From positions 24,724 to 88,723 of IMG/VR virus record IMGVR_UViG_3300038461_000101: a stretch of 64,000 bases of DNA; one strand, 5' to 3'. Made by a program: the position numbers and the translations under genes. Source of the DNA: a virus. The notes under the pieces were generated by a model. That model saw nothing but the letters and a program-made list of their open reading frames with translations, was not told the DNA's origin and made no database searches. Position 1 is the stretch's first letter. Each line of letters opens with the position of its first letter. Of this stretch, positions 29,081-39,756 are shown in pieces.

Positions 29081-32000
29081 TCAATTGTTTAGGTCCTGGG
29101 CAACGGTTCGAATAATGAAGTCTCGAATCTTTTCATTGCCGATGAAGATCTGAATGACCTGTGGTGTATTCCCGCCACCAGTTCCCCTTGCAAGAGATAG
29201 GGAATGGTTCAGGGAAGAACCCTTGAGCTGGCTATTGGGGGTGACATTGAAACCACCACCAGGAAGGGCCGTAACCAATTCTTCATAGCCAGTTGGAATA
29301 CCAGAGAGACTATCACCAACAATGGCTGAGCCACCAGGTCTTACTGAACCACCAGCAGCGCATTTGACAGAGTTATGGGTGAGCATTTTCTCTGCATAAT
29401 ATTCATGCTGGCCGCCAACAACCATGGTGTAGGTTGGAACTTCAACTTCTGTATAGGACATGTCGATGATAGATTCATAACCTTCTTCGAAGGTAAGGAT
29501 CTCATCTCCAATTTCCAGACCACCAATAATATCCAGACCATAATAGGATTTTTCAGAAGCCAGGGGATCAATGGATTTCCAACCGTGGCGAGTATACATT
29601 GGGTGATCGTTGGTTAGATTGAGAATCTGACCACTGGCAAACTTGATAGTCCAAATACCTTCTCGGATCGGTTGGATAAGGCCATGTACTTCAACACCTT
29701 CCTTTTCGAAGTGATCATTCTTTCCCATGACTATATCGCCAAGTTTCACATCTTCAATGGCCCTTTCGGAGCCATCACCCATCAGGATCTTGGTACCAGC
29801 CAGAAAGCAGCACAATCTTCCTTCATCGGTTGGAATAGGAAGACCAAGAGCTTTCATGATGTCTTTCCAGGCTTGCACTAATCCAGCGTCAAGAAGAGCT
29901 ACTGCTCCAGCAGCCTTGGCAGCATCAGTTGAGAGATCAAGTTCAGTTGTGGACAGATCCTTTTGGTCCTTGGCAGCCTGAGCTGCAATACCAGCGGACT
30001 CTGTAGCAAGTTTCTGCTGTTCAACGAAGTTGGCCCGGGCAAGCTTGATGGATTGCAGTTCCAGATCCATCTGTACTGCATAGAACTCTTTGGCCTTATC
30101 TAACTGTTGCTGTTGAAGTTGCTTGGTCTCTTCGAACTGTTTGATCTGCAGTTTGTATTGTGCTTCCTGGAGAGCCCACTGTTGTTTTTGATAGCCAAAC
30201 TCAGTCTGACGTTGACTGGTTTGCATGTTGTATTCAGTGATGTTCTCTTTCTGCTGCATTTCTCCGAGTCGACGTTCACGGCCAGAAGTGAAACGAGCTT
30301 GTTCTTTGTACATAGTCTGGCTGAAGCCAAATTGCTGAGCAGCCATAGCCGTATTGAAACCAAACTCTTCGGTTCCTTGTGCACGACCAAGAGCCATTCC
30401 TTGGGCCTGTAACCCCATGGATTGATAGAACTGACTGGACTGCAGGTTGATTTGTTTCTGCTGCATTCCAAAGCCGAATTGGGTTTGTGCAATTCCAAGA
30501 GCACGCTGAGCATCTTCAATACCCCATTGTCCACCACCCTGGGAAGTGAAACTACCAGTACCGGGAATACTCCAGGAAACCTTACCAGTATTGAGACCGA
30601 AATTGCCACCGGTTTGCGGATTGACCAAACCAGCATAGTTCTGTAATCCCACTCCTGTAGTAAAGGCAAGATTAGCTGCAATACCTTGTTGCTGAACTCC
30701 AACTCCAGCCATGGCAAGTTCATAATTCTTGGCAATCGCAGTCTGTTGTACTTTGATGGATCCACCGGCAGCAGCGGCGGCCATGTAGGGATTATTTTCC
30801 CAACCAGCTCCGAAAATCTTTCCAGCCATTTCACTGGAACTTGGACCACCAAGAATACCCAAACTAGATGTTCCATAGGCCATACCAGTAAGTTGGCCGC
30901 CTGGAGTTACATCAGTTCTGGCAAGATTATAGGCAGGCATGGTTCCACCACCCATAAGAGGTAGGGGTGCCATCTTGTTGTAATTGATGCCATACTTGGC
31001 AGCAGCCACACCAAATCCAAGTGGGTTCTTCTGAGAGATCATCTCCCACATGGTATAGTCCTGGAAAGGAATAGTATATCCAGTGGGAGCTACATCCTGA
31101 ACCCTTTTGATTGCTTCAGGACCAGCTAGGGGCGCAGTAGGAGCAACGGCTGGAGGAGTAATCCCAATATCATTATTGTTGAGAGCATTGATGAGATTGT
31201 CTCTCGTTGAAGGTTGAGGTGAAAGACTACTTGGGACCGCAGTTGCTCTTTCTCCTCCAATGTTTGCAAATTTCAATACATGATTTACTACATCCATAAT
31301 AGATTTAGGTATTGGATTCTTGGAGAAGTAGTCTTTTTCAGATATGCCTGGACTTACTGAAGGCTTATTGCCTTGAGCAGCTTTGGCCGCCAGATCTGAC
31401 TTGAGTTTTTGAAGATCGACCGAAGTGTTTCCAAGAGTGGCAGCAGTTTTTGTAATGGTCAATGGAGGGGTGGATAATGTAGTAGCAGGACTACCATTGA
31501 TAGACTCATGACCACTTGTAGTAGTTGGAGGTCCAAAAGCAGCAGCGATTTTAGCAACCATTTCAGCATCACCCGCTGTAGCTGCCTGCATACCCATGGT
31601 ATTGGCGAGATTATCTCGGCGTGCTTCAAGACTAGCATAGGAATTGGCCTGATTTTGCATTACTTGAGCAGCACCAATTGTCTGCTGCATAGGTGCAAGA
31701 TCAAGAGGATTGATACCTGTAGGAATGCCAAGCATTGTCTGAGCAGTAAATTTCTGAGAAGCTGCCTGATAATATTGAGTTGTTGTCTGATCCAGACCAC
31801 CCCATGCCTGAGCCCAGGTGTTCATTTGTGTCATTTGGGCCTGAGAAGGAGTCCCTGAAGTAGCCAATCGCCCCATCTCGGACCATCGCAGACTTGGCAT
31901 ATTTCCAAGAGTAGCAGCACCTGCAGCGAACAGTTTCTGTTCTTGCATACTCATTGGAACTTTCTCATTGTTGAGTTGATTGGCTACGATCGTAGCGGCC

Positions 32001-35000
32001 AGGCTTGGTTGATTTCTGGTACCAGTGATCTGTGCTTGAGGATAACCAAGACCATAGAGAAGGTTCTGGTAAGCTCCTAAGTAATCAACACCCTGAGCAT
32101 ATCCCTCTGCCATACGTTGTGCCCCAACCTGAGAGAGTGGAGCTGTTGGATTTTGCACCATGAAAGTTGCAGGAGCAATCAGAGTTTCCTGGGTACCCTT
32201 ATATCCTTTGTCTACCATGTTGGTAGCAAGGGCTGCAGCGGCCTCGGTTGGAGATCCTACAGAAGCCATGAAACCCATTGCTTTGGCAAAAGATGATGGA
32301 GTACCAGTTTCACTAAGAGCAGCTGTAGCTCCCTTATACATTGTACTGGATTGCTGGATAGCAGCCAGTTTTGTAGCAGATCCCTGGATACCAAGAGCTG
32401 TACCGATCTTGGCAGTCTCGGTTGAGAAGTATGCTTCTATGTCCGATCCCATGAAACCATAGGTCAAGTTGGTATTATTACCTGGCATTGCTCTTGCAGC
32501 GGCATAACCTACCGATGTAGTATCCCGGGCCTCAGCAGAAGCAACAAAGGATCCTACACCTACTGCCAATGCTGCTGCCAATCCTAACTTAGCTCCAGCA
32601 CCTGGATTGGTTTCTGCAAGTTTCGGGAATGCACTTTGGAGATAGAACTCACTGGCACCGGCTGCAGCTACACCTGCAAATATTGATTGACCCAATGCCA
32701 TAGGTGTGGGGTTCTTGGCACTCCAAACATCCATCATCTGTTGAGGAGTTTGTCCACCATAACGGGCTGCCATTTGTGAGGCTGCATAAGCTGCCGGAGA
32801 CACAAAGGGTGCATTGGCACCAAGAACACCATTGGCATAATTCGCCATAGCCTGCTGAGCCTGCTGAGCTTCAGGGGCACCATAACCAACACCTTCAGTG
32901 ATAATGCCAGCAATACTTCTGGCATACATCAAGCCAAATCCACCAAGAGCTTTACGAGCAAATCTTGCAAATGGGGACATGGCAGCATTGACAGCTATGG
33001 CTTTGTCGCCCTGCATTTCGGCTGATGTTTGTTCGAGTAGGCCCTGGTCAGCCTGAGTAATCATGCCACCATTAGCTTTGGTTCTGGCAGAGATCTCAGC
33101 CACAGTTGCCACATTAGAAGCAAGTCTGGACTCAGCAAGTGGACCCTTGAGGGCTGCTTGAGCTTTCTCAAAAGCTTCACCAGTACTCTTTACGGCAGCG
33201 GCATGTTGAGTTACTGATTTGGTATCATCTCTTAAAGCGGCTGCATGGGCTACTGCTGTCTTCTGTAATTCATCCACGGCTGCCTGGGCAGCTGGATTGA
33301 GTTGTGTTCTCTTCTCAAAGGATCCACTCAAAACATCAGCACCACTTTCACCCTTGATGGCTTTCAGTGTACCGGCCATCTGAGTGAAGGAATCTGGTAG
33401 GGCTGCCTTGGTGACATCACCAGTTAGACCCGACTGCATTCTCACAACTGCATTAGCTACACCAGCAAGTTCTGGATTGGTTCGAAGGATCCCTTGAAGG
33501 GCTTGGGCTTTTTCTTGATAACCCATTCCTGGATTGAAGAGGCCTCGTTGGGCCATTGCCGCATTGAGTTTGGCAAAGTCCTGTCCTCCAGTACCTACTC
33601 CAGAGACCAGATTATTGATTTGGTTCAGCTGCTCAACATTGCTTGTGATCGAACCAAGAACTCCCTGCAGACCAAAACCTACATTGATTGCATGACCTAA
33701 CTGGCCGGGAGCTTCTTCAGCAGCCTCAGTATTTTCAATCATTGCCCGTTCACTAGGCGATATATCAATAGGATCTGCAAAGGAAGTAGCTACAGATCCC
33801 ATGATCACTTTCTTCTTGATATTCGCCAATGTCTTGATACGGGCAGCTTCAGGGGCCAACTTACCAATTAGTCGAAGAGCATTGGGACCACCAAGCCCCT
33901 TACCTACACCTTCAACAATTTCTTTTGTGGTGGGTGGATTGCCAGTGCGAGGAAGAAGATTCTCTGCTTCCAGAATGTCCTGAATACGATTGACCGTTTC
34001 AGTGCCAGTAACATCCTCACCCATATCGGTTACAGGACCAGCCATGCCAATGGCAGCCAGGGCTGCTTGGATTGCATCCTTGGCTACTCCATGGCTCATT
34101 CTGAATATCTGTGAAGCTTCATTCCCGAGCATAACTTTCTCGACATCGGGATTGTAGGTCGTGGAACCAGGTTCAGCCAGATAGGAACTTACTCGCTGAT
34201 TTTGGTTATTGAAAACAGGGATCTCGTTGGTTCTGAAATGACCAATGATGGTATCGCCTTCGCCACCGTAGAAGTTGATCCTTCCACCTTGGCGAGGAAT
34301 GATTGTTTCACCAGCCTGAACCGTAATATCTCCATGACCTTCAGCATCTTTTCGACCATGTAGATCTTCAGGACGAATGGGGCCACCAGTATCGAATCGC
34401 TTATCACCACTCTCTGATTTCTTGGGCCACTTTGGAATTTCAGGGCCGCCTGATTCTGGCTTAGGAGGCCAGGGATAGGCTGTCTCATCACCAAAGGGAA
34501 TTTCTGGAATGTCATCCCAATTGAAGTTATCAGGTCCATCCAGAGGAGTTGGAGTTTTCGGAAGTTGTCTGGCCGCATCTCTCTTCGCTTTTTGGTTGGC
34601 TTTCCATTCTGCAAGCCATTTGGCATATTCTGCAGGATCTGAAATGTGACCAGATTTTGTCGGCCCATTGCCAGATGTTCCAATTGGAAGATCGGTAGAT
34701 GTAGTGGGTGGACCCATTGGAGGAAGACCCTGATTGGGTACACCCGTAGGAAGTGAAGCCAAAACTTCTCCCTGCAGGGGAGTAAGCCTCAAAGCTGATT
34801 CAATTACTTTAGTAGGAGTAACTTGACCAAGTGCATTCTTGGCAAGCTGATTGGCACCCTTATGGAGCAATTGGATGGTCTTCCCCATCTGTGCTTCAAC
34901 TTTTTTGTCAGCCAGGACCGCTGCATCGGCAGGTGACATTGGGGTAGCAGCCCTTGCCCCATAGGTTCCCATGAGTTCTTCAAGAACTGCTTCAGGAGCC

Positions 35001-38000
35001 ATTCCTTTGGCTTCAGCGAATGGTGTGATCAGGTCTCTTATTTCCTGGTCGGCATAGGTATAAGCATCGACTGGAGAAATACCTCTGGACACGGCTCGTT
35101 GAGCATACATATGAGCCTTGTAATCAATGGCACTGACAACGGTATTTTCCTCTGGAAGAGTATAGGGAATGCCATAATTGTTTGCCAGGGTTATCAGTTG
35201 ACTGCGGGTAATGCTATCGGGAATATCTCCAATTGATTTGGAGATCATGGCTGCAGGAACATTTACCTTGCGTTGAAGAAGGTTGATGATACCAGCCGCC
35301 CGAGTAATGGCTTCAACGTGGAACTTGTTCTCAAAGACGTTCCTTGCAATCCTGGACTCGTTTAGGAACTTCTCTTCTTGAGATCCAGGGGCCGGTTTCT
35401 GATATTCCAAACCTTCTGCTTTTCGAGTGGCTGCAGTAACAAAGGGTAGGAAAGCTGGTAGGCTCATCATAGATTGGGTGAATGGTTTGCGTTGTCTCTG
35501 ACCAAGTTCTGTCGAGACATCTGCCAGTCGATGCAACCCATGCTCAGCCAATTCTTTGGAGCTGTAGAGATTCCCCGTGTCTGGATTTACTGGATCACCA
35601 GTCAGAGTATTGATATGGTTGGTGATTGCAACCAGATACTGGCTGCTCAGATCCTTGGAGGGATCGGCGGCTTCCAGCTTCTTTTGAAGAATAGATTCCT
35701 GGCCTGGATAACTGAATGCCTGAGCCAGAAATTCAGGACTGGCAATTTCAAAACCTTCTCCCTTACCACCCACCTTGATCTTGGTTGTCATCATGGCTGC
35801 GATAGAACCAAGAGCATTCACTACCTGGGGCTGGTCAAGTGTTTGTAGTGGAATTGCCATTCGGTTGGTTCGGCCACGTTCATTGACCACGTTGCTACCA
35901 ATAATTAGCTCGGCCTCACCAGTTCTTTCATTCAATCCAAAGCGAGACTTGGCAATGGCACCGGCCCAACCAACACCTTGGGTTTCCTGACCAAGATTTG
36001 TCTTATCCAAGGGGAATTGATAGAAGGACTGCATTCCTGCATAGATCCGAGATTGAGCTTCTTCGGAGTAACCAGAAGCAGCCATTGTAGGAATGACAAC
36101 TCGACGGATGTTATAGGATTCGCCCATGCCAATTTGGGCATACCAGGAGTTCAGACCGGCACTAATCACATCCCCATATTTCTTCCAACCAGCCTTCTTG
36201 ATGGTTTCTCCAATGACGTTGAAGTTGGGATCCACTAGATCATTGACAGCCTTTACAGCACCACTGGCAAGATCGGCTTGTTCAGGGCGGAACATCTTTG
36301 ACTCAATATCGAAGGTTCCTTTGGTAGTGAGGCGTTGACGGTTCTTCAGTTCCTGGAATGCTTTGCCTTGTTCAGCATTGCCACCCATGACAAAAGCACC
36401 TACCACAGGATCATAGTCAAAGTCACCTACACCTACGCTGGCAAATTGCTGAGAGACAAAGAGAGCACCCTTGAACTCTGGACTGTGAAGAAGCTGGTTC
36501 ATGAACTTGCCACCAGTGCGGTTGCGCATCTCCTCGTCACCAAGGAGATTGACACCCATAATACTTTCCAGTTCAGTGCCCTGCGGATAACGAAGCATGA
36601 AACCCTGCAGTGGGCCACCCATGGACAATTCCTTCATAGCCTGCTTCATATCCTTGCGCCGAACACCACCTGCTTCCAGTAACTTTCGGCGTTCTGCAGG
36701 TGGCAACCAGACTTCATCAGGGCCTAAGGCACCTAAGTAACCAAACCGACCACCCCAACCAGTAGGCATAGGTCGGTTATGGACAGCCTTATAAGCCTCA
36801 CCACCACCTTGGAAAATATCTCTCCATTGATCGAACAAACCTTTTACTGCAGTCTGACCATATTCCTGGAGTTTCTCAGGAGCTGTGCCAGAGAAGGCTT
36901 GGAGTTGGGCAAGTTTCTCAATGCCCTTACCCCACGTTCTGGTAACACCACCGATCTCTTCTCCGGTAGGGCCCTTGAACTGCAGTTCCTTGACGGTCAG
37001 GGGGTTCATGTCATAGGTATTGGAAAGCGGAAAATAGAGTAAGCGATTATCACCTTCCTTGATGTCAAGGATCCCGGCCATCCGATCGAGGGTTTCCTCG
37101 GTCATATTGCGACCACCACCGGTCGCTCCAACGATACCAGCCATAGCCAGGGCTTTGCCCTGATCTACTTCGATATAGGAAGTAGGGAGAATAGCGGGGG
37201 TTTGACCTTCACTTACACCCATCTGCCAGGAAACAAATGCTGAGGCTGCGGTGAGTGCCTTAGCCTGGGCTCCCTGATGCTGGATTGGTTTTGAAACATC
37301 CAGCCCCATCTCTGAAGCAAATTCTGGAAATTTGGCTGTAATAGATCGGGCCAACTCTTCATTGGCACCATGCCCATGCACAAATTCCAATTGCCGGGGA
37401 AGAGCTGTACGAGCGATCATTGCATGACCAGAAGCAATTTGAGAAAGGGTGATCATGTCTGATCGACCCAATGCTTCCTGCCCAATCAATGCTTTGGCGG
37501 CTGCCTGAACATCAATTGTTCCACCTGTTTTGAATTGGTTCAGAACAGCGTCAATGTCTGCCTGGGTAGCTCCTGGTTTTTTGCCTCGAACACTTCTGGC
37601 TGTAATCTGTTGAATGAACTCAAGGTTGGCCGGATGAGTAGGCCCATAGGGTACTTCGATGTTTGGGAGATACCCAATTCCGAAACTCTTCAGGTTGAAT
37701 AGATTGCGTCTTCGTTGTTTCTCATTTGCCATATCGACATCAACGAAGACCTTCTGGAATACATCCAGACCAAGGCCCTCTGAAGGTTCTTTCCAACCTC
37801 CACCAGCTGCATTGAACTTTTGGGCGATCTCTTCCCAATCGGTTGTCTCATTGCTTTTTCCCAACCAACGAGACACTTTGTAGGCTGCATTGCTGGCATC
37901 GCCTTCTGTTTGTCTACTATAGGAACGGAAGATTCCTGCCAATTGCGATCGTGATTGGTATCCTAAGATACCTTCGGTGATTGCAGAACCACCTTTCATT

Positions 38001-39481
38001 TCCCCGGTCACGTATTGAACATTTAGATTGCCAGTGCCCAGGGGAACTTTCAATCTTTCACCAGTTGGGGTGAGAGAGTATTTGTAGCCAAGACCACCTA
38101 CTTTGGTAGGCACATCATAGCCAACCCCACCAATGTCAAGTGAAACCTTATCAATGCCAAGAGCACGAACAGCCCATCCGGTTCGAGCAGTTATATCTCT
38201 GGCAACATCTTCAGTGGATACAGCATTGAGATCCGTCATTGGCACAGGAGCCCCGGTATCCTTGTGCATGAAGGCTGGAATAGTCATTGAGATTTGAGTT
38301 GGAGAAAATTTGGAAGATCCTGTTTTGAAGGTTAGTGGATCACCATTGATTGTTCCTGCACTATAGGTATGCCCAGGAAGGTATCGTTTCCCACGAATGT
38401 CCTTGATCTGAAGGGGACTGTTTGGACCAGCCAATGATCGTATATCTTCAATGGGAACATTGACTGGCTCAGTAGTAGGATACCCATATGTCTTTTCTCT
38501 TTGGGCTCCTGGCATGACCATCGCAAGACCACCACCACCAATGAATGTGGGGGTGAATAAGACATTTCCAATCTCATTTACTCTTGGTTCGGCTTCTCCT
38601 GGAACTCTCAAAGTGGCAATTCCATAACTTGGAGCATATCGGTTCATGATGGGTTGAGGCTGGTTTTCAACCAGTTCATCACGACCTTCGAGATGGATCC
38701 AGTGATAGGGTTTGGCTCCGCCACGACCATAATCAATGCTTGGAACGCCCACCATCTTTTCAGCATTTCGAAGACCATAGACCATATCAGTGGTCGCATC
38801 ATATTCACCAATGGGACTGAGGTTGGCTTTCTTATCCAATGCCATACCAATCCCACGAGCATCTTGCCAACGAACACCAGGTGCATGAAGAGGATCTATG
38901 GGGCCATAGCCGGTCATCAATTTCATGTTCAGCATCTTGAGAGCATCCTGCTGCTCGTAGGGTGCCAATTTGGTTTGGTCAAATTTTTGGGTTACTACAT
39001 TGATGCCCTGGACTTCCCTATTCTCAACCGCCTGGAAGGAGTTCCATGGAGTACGACTATATTTACGAGTGTTAAACTCGGCATTTAGAGCAGTATTAGG
39101 ACTTTCTCCTATACCCTTATAGAATGTTGTCCAGGCATTTTTGATAGAAGATGCAAGATTCTCCAAAGGTGTAGTGATTTCATCTCGAACATCATTTTTG
39201 GAAAAATAAGTAAGGGTATGGGTGGATGGAATTACAACAGCACTACCACGTTCTTCCTGGTTCCCGATCATTGGCACAGGGCCATACAAGTTGCGCTGAG
39301 CTGAGATGGAGAAGTCAAAATCCATCGCATTTTCAGTATCCTCCCCAAAACCAATTGAGACCCGCTCCATATGTTGGGAGGGGTCCATTTCAGGGTGGGC
39401 TACATGATATTGTGGCCCTAAATATTTTTCGAGAATACTCAGGTTGTCAACCTGAAGCGTGCTTCGACGTACTCTACTCAT
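29081..39481 (-). CDS. 3466-aa tape-measure protein with N-terminal putative two-barrel RNA polymerase and C-terminal Hint domain
   Basis: Follows tail tube and G/GT chaperones; Ala/Gln/Gly-rich helical C-half; RYP...GDFDYD near aa 965-1024; Hint domain near the C-terminus. Confidence 0.75.
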   Translation of the reverse strand: MSRVRRSTLQVDNLSILEKYLGPQYHVAHPEMDPSQHMERVSIGFGEDTENAMDFDFSISAQRNLYGPVPMIGNQEERGSAVVIPSTHTLTYFSKNDVRDEITTPLENLASSIKNAWTTFYKGIGESPNTALNAEFNTRKYSRTPWNSFQAVENREVQGINVVTQKFDQTKLAPYEQQDALKMLNMKLMTGYGPIDPLHAPGVRWQDARGIGMALDKKANLSPIGEYDATTDMVYGLRNAEKMVGVPSIDYGRGGAKPYHWIHLEGRDELVENQPQPIMNRYAPSYGIATLRVPGEAEPRVNEIGNVLFTPTFIGGGGLAMVMPGAQREKTYGYPTTEPVNVPIEDIRSLAGPNSPLQIKDIRGKRYLPGHTYSAGTINGDPLTFKTGSSKFSPTQISMTIPAFMHKDTGAPVPMTDLNAVSTEDVARDITARTGWAVRALGIDKVSLDIGGVGYDVPTKVGGLGYKYSLTPTGERLKVPLGTGNLNVQYVTGEMKGGSAITEGILGYQSRSQLAGIFRSYSRQTEGDASNAAYKVSRWLGKSNETTDWEEIAQKFNAAGGGWKEPSEGLGLDVFQKVFVDVDMANEKQRRRNLFNLKSFGIGYLPNIEVPYGPTHPANLEFIQQITARSVRGKKPGATQADIDAVLNQFKTGGTIDVQAAAKALIGQEALGRSDMITLSQIASGHAMIARTALPRQLEFVHGHGANEELARSITAKFPEFASEMGLDVSKPIQHQGAQAKALTAASAFVSWQMGVSEGQTPAILPTSYIEVDQGKALAMAGIVGATGGGRNMTEETLDRMAGILDIKEGDNRLLYFPLSNTYDMNPLTVKELQFKGPTGEEIGGVTRTWGKGIEKLAQLQAFSGTAPEKLQEYGQTAVKGLFDQWRDIFQGGGEAYKAVHNRPMPTGWGGRFGYLGALGPDEVWLPPAERRKLLEAGGVRRKDMKQAMKELSMGGPLQGFMLRYPQGTELESIMGVNLLGDEEMRNRTGGKFMNQLLHSPEFKGALFVSQQFASVGVGDFDYDPVVGAFVMGGNAEQGKAFQELKNRQRLTTKGTFDIESKMFRPEQADLASGAVKAVNDLVDPNFNVIGETIKKAGWKKYGDVISAGLNSWYAQIGMGESYNIRRVVIPTMAASGYSEEAQSRIYAGMQSFYQFPLDKTNLGQETQGVGWAGAIAKSRFGLNERTGEAELIIGSNVVNERGRTNRMAIPLQTLDQPQVVNALGSIAAMMTTKIKVGGKGEGFEIASPEFLAQAFSYPGQESILQKKLEAADPSKDLSSQYLVAITNHINTLTGDPVNPDTGNLYSSKELAEHGLHRLADVSTELGQRQRKPFTQSMMSLPAFLPFVTAATRKAEGLEYQKPAPGSQEEKFLNESRIARNVFENKFHVEAITRAAGIINLLQRKVNVPAAMISKSIGDIPDSITRSQLITLANNYGIPYTLPEENTVVSAIDYKAHMYAQRAVSRGISPVDAYTYADQEIRDLITPFAEAKGMAPEAVLEELMGTYGARAATPMSPADAAVLADKKVEAQMGKTIQLLHKGANQLAKNALGQVTPTKVIESALRLTPLQGEVLASLPTGVPNQGLPPMGPPTTSTDLPIGTSGNGPTKSGHISDPAEYAKWLAEWKANQKAKRDAARQLPKTPTPLDGPDNFNWDDIPEIPFGDETAYPWPPKPESGGPEIPKWPKKSESGDKRFDTGGPIRPEDLHGRKDAEGHGDITVQAGETIIPRQGGRINFYGGEGDTIIGHFRTNEIPVFNNQNQRVSSYLAEPGSTTYNPDVEKVMLGNEASQIFRMSHGVAKDAIQAALAAIGMAGPVTDMGEDVTGTETVNRIQDILEAENLLPRTGNPPTTKEIVEGVGKGLGGPNALRLIGKLAPEAARIKTLANIKKKVIMGSVATSFADPIDISPSERAMIENTEAAEEAPGQLGHAINVGFGLQGVLGSITSNVEQLNQINNLVSGVGTGGQDFAKLNAAMAQRGLFNPGMGYQEKAQALQGILRTNPELAGVANAVVRMQSGLTGDVTKAALPDSFTQMAGTLKAIKGESGADVLSGSFEKRTQLNPAAQAAVDELQKTAVAHAAALRDDTKSVTQHAAAVKSTGEAFEKAQAALKGPLAESRLASNVATVAEISARTKANGGMITQADQGLLEQTSAEMQGDKAIAVNAAMSPFARFARKALGGFGLMYARSIAGIITEGVGYGAPEAQQAQQAMANYANGVLGANAPFVSPAAYAASQMAARYGGQTPQQMMDVWSAKNPTPMALGQSIFAGVAAAGASEFYLQSAFPKLAETNPGAGAKLGLAAALAVGVGSFVASAEARDTTSVGYAAARAMPGNNTNLTYGFMGSDIEAYFSTETAKIGTALGIQGSATKLAAIQQSSTMYKGATAALSETGTPSSFAKAMGFMASVGSPTEAAAALATNMVDKGYKGTQETLIAPATFMVQNPTAPLSQVGAQRMAEGYAQGVDYLGAYQNLLYGLGYPQAQITGTRNQPSLAATIVANQLNNEKVPMSMQEQKLFAAGAATLGNMPSLRWSEMGRLATSGTPSQAQMTQMNTWAQAWGGLDQTTTQYYQAASQKFTAQTMLGIPTGINPLDLAPMQQTIGAAQVMQNQANSYASLEARRDNLANTMGMQAATAGDAEMVAKIAAAFGPPTTTSGHESINGSPATTLSTPPLTITKTAATLGNTSVDLQKLKSDLAAKAAQGNKPSVSPGISEKDYFSKNPIPKSIMDVVNHVLKFANIGGERATAVPSSLSPQPSTRDNLINALNNNDIGITPPAVAPTAPLAGPEAIKRVQDVAPTGYTIPFQDYTMWEMISQKNPLGFGVAAAKYGINYNKMAPLPLMGGGTMPAYNLARTDVTPGGQLTGMAYGTSSLGILGGPSSSEMAGKIFGAGWENNPYMAAAAAGGSIKVQQTAIAKNYELAMAGVGVQQQGIAANLAFTTGVGLQNYAGLVNPQTGGNFGLNTGKVSWSIPGTGSFTSQGGGQWGIEDAQRALGIAQTQFGFGMQQKQINLQSSQFYQSMGLQAQGMALGRAQGTEEFGFNTAMAAQQFGFSQTMYKEQARFTSGRERRLGEMQQKENITEYNMQTSQRQTEFGYQKQQWALQEAQYKLQIKQFEETKQLQQQQLDKAKEFYAVQMDLELQSIKLARANFVEQQKLATESAGIAAQAAKDQKDLSTTELDLSTDAAKAAGAVALLDAGLVQAWKDIMKALGLPIPTDEGRLCCFLAGTKILMGDGSERAIEDVKLGDIVMGKNDHFEKEGVEVHGLIQPIREGIWTIKFASGQILNLTNDHPMYTRHGWKSIDPLASEKSYYGLDIIGGLEIGDEILTFEEGYESIIDMSYTEVEVPTYTMVVGGQHEYYAEKMLTHNSVKCAAGGSVRPGGSAIVGDSLSGIPTGYEELVTALPGGGFNVTPNSQLKGSSLNHSLSLARGTGGGNTPQVIQIFIGNEKIRDFIIRTVAQDLNN
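29372..29809 (-). mobile_element. mini-intein / Hint domain (146 aa, no endonuclease)
   Basis: Starts CFLAGTKILMGDG, block B LTNDHP, ends YYAEKMLTHN followed by Ser. Confidence 0.85.
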
Positions 39482-39756
39482 TTTGCGGCTCCTGGCAGGT
39501 TAGGAATTGCATTGAATAATTGCGAGAGATCTCTGACTATATCCTGCTCTAACAGCCACATATGAGGTTGGTCGGCTAACCCGCCCGGGTAATATGCTAC
39601 ATGGTATCTTTCACACCGTTCGAACTCCAACAGTACGTCTGGTTTTTCGATAGGGTCTTTGACTTTTAGGCCCTGAGATAATTCGTTTTGCTGACCGAGA
39701 TAATTTGTTACTACTTCAGAAATATGCTCTAATCTATCCGCTACAACCCTTCCCCC
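39478..39756 (-). CDS. tail assembly chaperone, frameshift (T) part
   Basis: In the -1 frame relative to the upstream chaperone; PGGLADQP..W motif; stop overlaps the tape-measure start. Confidence 0.65.
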   Translation of the reverse strand, partial: GGRVVADRLEHISEVVTNYLGQQNELSQGLKVKDPIEKPDVLLEFERCERYHVAYYPGGLADQPHMWLLEQDIVRDLSQLFNAIPNLPGAAK

